A stretch of DNA of 53,457 bases, counting the filler, from Squatina squatina (Eukaryota), in assembly GCA_031763465.1 (NCBI GenBank). It is 3 parts of 3 records of this genome, joined end to end, with 100 filler letters (N's around TTAATTAATTAA, not from the genome) between each part and the next. Parts side by side here need not be neighbours in the genome. Positions count along the whole stretch, not along the records: positions 30,271 to 53,457 come from JARFOE010000001.1; 2 more parts are not named here. The stretch is one strand, 5' to 3'. Shown here one piece after another: positions 45,423 through 53,457 of this stretch. The notes under the pieces were generated by a model that was not told where the DNA came from, did not search any database, and saw only the letters and a program-made list of their open reading frames with translations. The translations under genes and the position numbers were made by a program. How positions within the stretch are numbered: the first letter of the stretch is position 1; every line of letters starts with the position of its first letter.

Positions 45423-47694
45423 NNNNNNNNNNNNNNNNNNNNNNNNNNNNNNNNNNNNNNNNNNNNNNNNNNNNNNNNNNNNNNNNNNNNNNNNNNNNNN
45501 NNNNNNNNNNNNNNNNNNNNNNAGCATGTTTTTAAACATTTAATAAAAAATTATTAAACCTCAAAAGTAAACTAAAGTAAGTGAAATATAATTTATTATA
45601 ATAATATGATTGGATTCCATTTACTTAACAGTAGTTTTCAACAGGTATGTAGGTTGCCAGTAGAAATTTCTCAAATAGGCACATAACATAATGTAAATGA
45701 ACCTCCGGATGCAGGAAACCTGCTGTAATTACCCTTTAGGGAGATAGTCTAACTCAGCTTTAACTGCATGCCTGGCAACCATCCAAAACACAGGTCAATG
45801 ACCTGAATTCGAGCCAATAAAATCCACTCGGTGTTATCTTGCAGCATTGTGGTGAAACAAGCTTGGGAACAGAGCCTGAAAAATAAAGAAAGACATCACC
45901 ACTCAATTCGACCTAAATTGATAGAGATATAAAATGATGGGCTGTCTGCAGAAGTAAAAGTACAGTACATATGGAAACAGGGATGCACAATAAATAAACC
46001 TGTAGCCCAAAGGTCACCATTTATTGTAGTGGTATAATGGAACCCTTCATGCTTTTTGAATCCTGCAATTTTTCTCTTTTTAGCAGCATTGGTGTAATGA
46101 GTATTCTGACATTTTATTGATCAGAAGTACAGCCTGATGCCTGCCTGAAATTCAGCCTTCAAATTATTTTTAAAAACCCTGATTTAACACTTCTAACCTT
46201 TACAGTGTGGAGGATAATTTGTGGTTTAACCTTTTGAAGATGGCAGCAGCACAAAGATGAAAACAGAATAAGGCTACAATTCTTTTTAATGGCACTGTGA
46301 TTAAGAACTCTTGTCTGGTATGGTCAGGCACCTGATTTTAGTTCATAATGTTGTGTTTTAAAACCATTGATGAATAATTTTCAAAAGCTACTGAAGAATT
46401 GCAAGGGGTGAAGCAGAACAACATAACTGATAAGAAATTTGAGATAAAATATTTTGTAGAAAATCGCTTCCACNNNNNNNNNNNNNNNNNNNNNNNNNNN
46501 NNNNNNNNNNNNNNNNNNNNNNNNNNNNNNNNNNNNNNNNNNNNNNNNNNNNNNNNNNNNNNNNNNNNNNNNNATAGTCTTATGTTTAACATTTCTTCAA
46601 ATAATTCTGAAAAATTTTCAAGCTGAAGAATCACAACATCAGCAAAAATATCATTAATGGAGACATTAAAAGACACAAGCAGAAATTCAATGGATAAATA
46701 TAATCACATTATTGTGAGATATGTAATTTTTGGAACTTTAAAATTTTAGTTAAAGCCCTATTTTGGACTTTAGAAATTTCAGTTACTAAGAAAAAATTGG
46801 AGGATAAAAAAATCGAATAATCAAGTGGGCAGGTTACACAACTTGGTGCCCCAATTGCACAATCAAAGTGATGAATTGACATAGGCATTTTCCATTACAA
46901 AGGTAGACATAGGAATTGATGATAGAAAAATGGGGTACAAAAGCATAACAAGAAGTCAAGTAGGCAGACAGGAAGTGATTCAGATGTAAGATTTTTTTAA
47001 TATATTGCAAATAGATGTGGCTTTTAAAAAAATATGTTGCCACTGCTTATTTGATGTTGCTTCTATTGCAAGACTATTTTGCTTAAAGGAATTGGAATCT
47101 CCAACTCTAAACTGGTCCTAATTAGGAATTTCTATTCTTCTGGGTTACAACTCAATTGGATTGGTTCAAGTAATGCTTTTGGTTAGCACTGATCCTGAGA
47201 AAGTGTACTTGGAAAGATCTGAATTTGGCCACATCCATCAGTGATTTATTGTCCTGTTTAGATTCGTGACATGGCCCCAGGCATTTCAATTGTTCCTTGA
47301 GTTATAATAAAACCTTGCCTTTAGATTTATTATCTCATATCTTTCCTCTGAACTACTGCTCCAGGGACCATTTGATTTAAATACTTTAACTTAAACGAAT
47401 CAGTGATATAGTTAAGGAGTTAGGTTAAAAAAAATTCTTAGTATTATTGATAATGAATATTGACAGATCACTTGTCTACTCTACAAAACAAACAGAAATA
47501 TTCTGTGACATATAGTTGTCTGGGGGTGTGAGCATTCACTGTACAGGTCAAAAGTCAGTAAAAATCAATGGCTATTGAACAGAGAAACTGACAAAAAAAA
47601 CAATGATTGTATTGCCACTGGAATAGGTTCATTAGATCCAAATAAACAGGCAACCAGAGTTACCCCTTTCCCAATGGCGCTGATTCATACTTAA

Positions 47695-48069
47695 CATAAA
47701 AACGTAAGAAATGCGAACAGGAGTAGACCATTCAGTCCCTTGAGCCTGCTCGGCCATTCAATAAGATCATGGCTGACCACAACTCCAGCTCCCTGCACTA
47801 TGCCATATCACTTGATTCCCTTAGTATCCAAAATCTATCAATCTCTGTCTTGAATATACTTCATGATTGAGCATCCACAGCCTTCTGGGGTGGAGAATTC
47901 TAAAGATTCAAATCCGTTTGAGTGAAGAAATATCTTCTCATTTCAGTCCTAAATGGCCGACCCCTTATTCTGAGGCTATGACCCTAAGTTCTAGACTCCC
48001 CAGCCAGGGGAAACACCCTCCCAGCATCTATCCTGTCAAGCCCTGAAGAATTTTATCTGGTTCAATGAG
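47695..48069 (-). mobile_element. CR1-like 3' end
   Basis: Same family as the copies at 11040 and 41765. Confidence 0.85.
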
Positions 48070-48872
48070 NNNNNNNNNNNNNNNNNNNNNNNNNNNNNNN
48101 NNNNNNNNNNNNNNNNNNNNNNNNNNNNNNNNNNNNNNNNNNNNNNNNNNNNNNNNNNNNNNNNNNNNNTGAACAGCAGTGATGCATAAAATTAACACTG
48201 CATTTTTAAGACGGGGATTAATCTAACCGTGGCAGGACAGCTCATTACAGAGGAATACTGCTAATTTGTTTTTGTTTATTCTGTGGTGTAATGTAACAGT
48301 CTTCAAACTCAATAATAACTCTATTACTGCAAATCACTAAACAAACATCCCAGCTCACAAATCTTGACTGCTCTAATTAAACGCAACTCTCATCCTTTAA
48401 TTAAGCAATCTTTTTTTTCATTTTAGCAGCTTAATGCAGAGCAGTCTTGACATCATTAGTTTAATTGCCTGCAGTGCTTTCTGGGAATCAGTCTCTTGTC
48501 ATGCAAAGCTTTTAACTGTGTTTACACTAATTGGCTGTTTTCATTACCTCCCACACTTGTGATTAGCTGCCTTACTTCCATTGGAGATGGCGCCTCAGTT
48601 ATTAAGTAATGATGCAGACTGATAAACAATGCATGTATGGTGCCTTTACAAATTACCACATGTTAAACAATTCCGGACATAACCTTTACTAGTCAACTGA
48701 TTAAATATACAGAGTGATGGATAGGAAGAGAGATTTAGAAAGCGGCAGCAAAATTAAAAGGTTTCGATATTGTCATAAACCATGGCAGCTAAACTGGATG
48801 AAGTTTTCTTTATTAGCCCAATTTTTACCCCTTCACATCTGAAGGCACTGACCTATGAAAAATAAAGATTCA

Positions 48873-49258
48873 TTTTACAGGCAATGAAGTATTTTGTGAA
48901 GTGTTGTAATATAGGAAACACGCGGGCAATTTACGCACAGCAAGGTCCCTCAAACAACAATGAGATGGTGACCAAAGAATCTATCTTAGTGATGTTGGTT
49001 GTGGGATTAATATTGGCCAAGACACTGGGGAGAATTCCCCAGTTCTTTTTTGAAATATGCCATGGGATCATTTACTCCCACATGAGAGGGCAAACAGGGC
49101 CTCAGTTTAACATCTTATCCATCTCAGACAGTGCAGCTCTCCCTCAGGACTGCACTGGAGTGTCAGCCTGGATTATGGGCTCAAGTCTCATGGAATGAAT
49201 CTTAAACCCACAACCTTCTGACTCAGAGGTGAGAATGCTATCCACTGAGCCACAGCTG
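48873..49258 (-). mobile_element. Near full-length DeuSINE (SacSINE1-like)
   Basis: Reverse complement has a tRNA-like head with A box (tggctcagtgg) and a degenerate B box (gggtttaagattc), the Deu core (gatgttaaactgaggccctgt...gatcccatggca) and the tail aaaatacttcattgcctgtaaa. Confidence 0.8.
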
Positions 49259-49396
49259 ACATGCTGGGGTATAGTTCCTGGGATGCTAGCATCTCCTCAT
49301 TACCCCTCATGGCTATTCTTTGAGTGTCAACAGACTGCACGATGCAGTGAGCATCGCAGCTTGACTTGATTCTGAATATCACAATGTAAACATACT

Positions 49397-50203
49397 GGGG
49401 CCGAAATTTGGTATCACCACGCTAGAAACGGTGCACCACTGTTTAGCGCCGAAACAGTGCCCGGCATCAATAGTGTCATAGGGTTGTGAAATTCGGTTGC
49501 ATTTTCCATTTGACCAGGCGTGGCACTATTGGAGGTGCTAACAGCTGACTGGAGACGCTGCAGGAGACTACTGTTGAATGCTCACAGCTCTATCAGGTGA
49601 CCCAGCTTTTTGTTCAATTGCATTCCCACTGCCTTCATTCCTATGAAAGCTTGCTTGCTCACACTTCTGCTGCATCTTTGGCCAGAATATCTTGGCAAAA
49701 TATCAGATGTAACAAGGAGTAGGCACTTGTCGGACAAGGCTCTTGAGATCTTTGTCTCTTGGGTTGAAAAGAGGAGGGGGAAGCTCTTCACAGCATCAGG
49801 GAGAAGGGCTGGCCCAGCTGCACACTGGGCCACCTGGGCTGCAATTGCAGCAGAAGTGTTGGCCTCAGATGTTGAGCCGAGGAACCCCACGCAATGCCGT
49901 AAAAAGTTCAACGACCTTACTCGTTTGGTGCGGGTGTGTGCCACTTGCTGTGTACCACTGAGGGATCTCATTGTTCTTCTGATGAAGAGGTTTACTCTAA
50001 GTGCAGTCCTCGGCCATTTCTCTTTAACACCTTCTTCTACTCTCAGCTACTGCTACTAATGCATCCTTCTGCACTGAAAGATCGCCATACAAAGAATGAC
50101 CCATCATGAGCCTAAAACTTTGCCCTTTCATCTGCAGGCAAGGTTGGAAAGCAATAGGGCCTCCCTACAGGGGATGGGGGGAGGCCCATCAACCGAAGTC
50201 GCT
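49397..50203 (+). mobile_element. Harbinger/PIF DNA transposon remnant encoding a Myb/SANT-like DNA-binding protein (exon ~49727-49933, exon 50138-50203+)
   Basis: Reads LSDKALEIFVSWVEKRRGKLF...WAAIAAEVLASDVEPRNPTQCRKKFNDL, the trihelix/Myb signature of Harbinger ORF2 and NAIF1-like proteins. A phase-0 intron (cgg|gtgtgt ... ctgcag|gca) joins it to ARLESNRASLQGMGGGP, similar to the typical TGGGP motif. A TIR-like ggggccgaaattt starts at 49397. Confidence 0.75.
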
Positions 50204-53200
50204 NNNNNNNNNNNNNNNNNNNNNNNNNNNNNNNNNNNNNNNNNNNNNNNNNNNNNNNNNNNNNNNNNNNNNNNNNNNNNNNNNNNNNNNNNNNNNNNNN
50301 NNNCCAGTAACATAACCACTATGCTACTGTTCCCTACAAAATCCTTGGGTTACAACTGCAGCAGGTGCCCTACAGCACTGATTCCACTGGCGGTTGTCCA
50401 AGGCCCTCTCCCCAACTATGGATCCCTCAATCCCCTGGGTGATCTGATCCAATTTTTTTTAAAATTCTATTCTTCGGGGGTTCAAGCACTTGCCACAAAT
50501 TAAGCAGATTTCCCTCTGTTGCACTTGGCAGACCCAATAGGTGAGGGCACTCACATACATGCAATGGAACCCACTTGATTTTCATGTGAGCGTTTACACT
50601 CATGCAATCCTCCCTGCCTAATTTTCCTCTATGTGCTCCCCCACTCCCCCCATCCCCAAATGGTTATTTAGGTCCAAGCACAGCAGAGGAAAATCTGTCC
50701 CTTTGGCTTAGTATGCTAAGGGCTCCAAAAGTGTGTATGCATTTCTCCATTACTGTGCTTGCCAGCATTTGTGGGACCTCACCATAAAATTAGTGACATT
50801 CAGATATTTTCTCCAGCTTGAAATGCATAAAAAAATAATTGTTGTGATTTCCTGCTACGTTTTCATTGCTGCTAACAAAATCCCATTCTCACAAATTGTG
50901 CTTTGCGAAGCTGTGCATTGCCGTGATTTTGTAAACGTTTCATCAATTTTGGAGGATAGCATGTTTTTTTTTACTAAAAAGAGAAACACTGAGTCTTTAA
51001 CCAAGGATCCAAATGTCAAGTAGTTTGCCAATTATCTCCTGCAAAAATAGCAACAGAGCTTATTGTCCTAAGCTCTCTTGTCCATTTCAGTTGATGCAGT
51101 AACAGTTACAAATGTATTAAACAACACGCCTTGTTGATCAGATAATCAGTTTCTGAGAAATGTTGTCACGAAATGATGTTCCAATTCAGCTATCTCTTCA
51201 TTACTACTCAGCCACATTGTACTGGGCCCAGTTCCCTAGGGCAAAGTGAACTGCTTTAACTTAACCTTTATCAGGCAAAGGTTTTCTATAAAACCACAAT
51301 CATTTTCTCCTTTCTGAGGGGCAGAATTGCCCACTTGTATCTCTCTACTGTCCTGATTTAATTTGGCTGTTCCGATATTCAAGGTGATTTCAGAGTGGTA
51401 CTTGTGAGTTTTAAAATATCCTCCATATCTAAAAATATTAGTCTAGAGGTTTTTTTGAAATTACAGGAGTTGAGCTCTAAAATATTTCATTTGCTTTTTT
51501 CGCACTTCGCACACACAATTAATACTTAATTGTATTTTGATGGCATATAGTTGAAAGATTAAACTGTTTATCAAAATATAATGAAGTGTTAATCTTCTGA
51601 ATGAGGTGCATAAAAAGAAAATGAATGGCATACCAGATTTTGACTGGCTCAAGTGGTGTATAAACACCAGCATAGCCTGGTTGGGCCAAATGGCCTGTTT
51701 CTGTGCTGTTTATGCTATATAAAGGTTAAAGCTCCCGAACATAAATTTGGATTTGTTAAATTAAGAAGAGAAAATTAAAATCATTTGAACATAAATGATA
51801 GTACAAAAATTGAAATAGTGCTCCAGAATTTCTTGGAGATTGTGGCATTGAAATGGCACATCGACAGCATGGGCGAGTTTTCCAGAGCAAAAGACAGAGG
51901 AAATTACGGTGTAAGTGAGTTATGACACAATGCATGCCATGCCATAATTTCCTGGGACTTTTGCACCACTCTGTCAAAACCCTCACTGAAATCTCAAAAT
52001 GTTCCCCCATTCAAGTCAATGGAGAGCGCAAATTTCCTGGGTTTACATTAGCTTTTTCTCACCCCAGCCGCTTAGACTGAAAAAGAATGGCGCAGGTCAG
52101 CCCCTTGGTCGCCTGGTCCCGATGTGATTTATGGCTCTCACATGATTCTACGGGTTGAGAAGGCAATAAAAGCCTGTGGAACTTAATCTCCAGAGTCTGG
52201 ACTCATGTAAATGAACTTTTATCTATAAANNNNNNNNNNNNNNNNNNNNNNNNNNNNNNNNNNNNNNNNNNNNNNNNNNNNNNNNNNNNNNNNNNNNNNN
52301 NNNNNNNNNNNNNNNNNNNNNNNNNNNNNTTGCCCATGGCTCCTTCCTCTTGAATTTAATGCCCCGGTCTCAATGAGATAACCAAATTCTGCCTCAAATT
52401 CCTAGCTCTCCACCCTCTATGATTCCAGGAATTTTGGGGCTTCTATTTGCAGACCTCCAAATTCCTCTCCTCCATTTTTACATGAACTGCAGAGAATCTC
52501 AATAAAGGCTTCTTCTATTTCTTCCTTTTACTATCATTGGATACAGGGTACACAGACAGGCCTGGTGCTTTATTCGTTCCGAAAGCTCCTAATCTTCTAA
52601 TAACCTTCTTATCTCTGTATTTGTTAGATACTTGGCTGGTCCCCATGAGAATTTGCTCACTGCCTCTGGCATATTGGCACATATTTCTCCTGTGAATACT
52701 GATGAAAAGAAATAATTGAAGAACTCCTACAAGCCCTCATCTTTCAGATTATCCATTTATCCTTTTGTGGCCCTTTTTGTTCTTTAATGTTCTATTGGAA
52801 ATATTTTCAACAAAACCTCTCCTTACTGTTACCTCTGTTACCTACATCAATTTGCTGTTCCCAATTTCTCTTTTCCATGTTAATAACTTTTTTTTCTTTT
52901 AACAAATTATATTTTCATGATTATCTTCACTGCAATCTATTAGTGCATTTGTTTATTGTTGCCCTGCAAATAAATTTGACAGCCTTCAATTTCCATTTTA
53001 CTCAACAAGTCACAAGTTCACAAACAATGAAGTTCCAGAATATTGAGCGAGCACAATGAAATACATATTAACTAGATCTTTGTAGATGCTGCTCCAGTTT
53101 GTTAAATTCCTGTAATTTGGGGAATAACCATCTTATTTCAGAACCCTAGGTCTTCCTGGAGGAAAGTAGGGATGCTTGCAATGTACTACTTGCTTCAGCT

Positions 53201-53457
53201 GTACGGACTTAAAACCACCTTCCACTTTTGCTGGGGAATTTCTCCCCCTCTATCCACTGTCACCTGCTTGGAGCAACATCTCTCACCACTGATAGATTGC
53301 TCCCGTCATCTCAACTTCAACTCCCATCTCTTCCAGCAGCATCGGTGCCCTTGAAGAAATCACAATTTGGTCCTCAGAATCCCACCACAATCATCCCCAA
53401 CACCAACATCACCAGGCACACCAACAGCACCAACAACACCAACCTTCTCCGCAATCA

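Noticed and set aside
46350-46473. FSKATEELQG, resembling a hAT transposase segment
   Set aside because: A single short motif in A-rich sequence next to a gap; insufficient support.
49200-49258. tRNA gene
   Set aside because: The A/B-box region is the head of a DeuSINE and does not complete a cloverleaf.
49975-50005. CTGATGA-AGAG-gttta-CTCT hammerhead-like motif
   Set aside because: Followed by AAG rather than GAAA, with no stem I/III; incomplete core.

Overview
This is vertebrate genomic DNA, almost certainly from a cartilaginous fish (shark). The evidence is the CR1/L2 LINE and DeuSINE repertoire, a shark-type tandem C2H2 zinc-finger exon and a shark-type MHC class I tail. The assembly is fragmented: there are many 100-N gaps, and two N44-TTAATTAATTAA-N44 six-frame-stop spacers split the window into three blocks (1-13625, 13726-30170, 30271-53457) whose adjacency is not supported by sequence. 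Block 1 holds the last three coding exons (transmembrane plus two cytoplasmic) of an MHC class I heavy-chain gene. Block 2 holds a C2H2 zinc-finger array with no in-frame ATG and an upstream in-frame TGA, plus three tandem-repeat arrays. Block 3 holds tandemly duplicated, decayed TPP2 exon-1 fragments split by an unclassified ~440-bp AT-rich insertion, a spliced Myb/SANT ORF of a Harbinger transposon, a decayed minimal hammerhead motif and enhancer-like non-coding blocks. Most other ORFs in the track are LINE fragments, repeat translations or N-run artefacts. No prokaryotic system or CRISPR array is present. Family assignments are from recalled motifs, not database searches.
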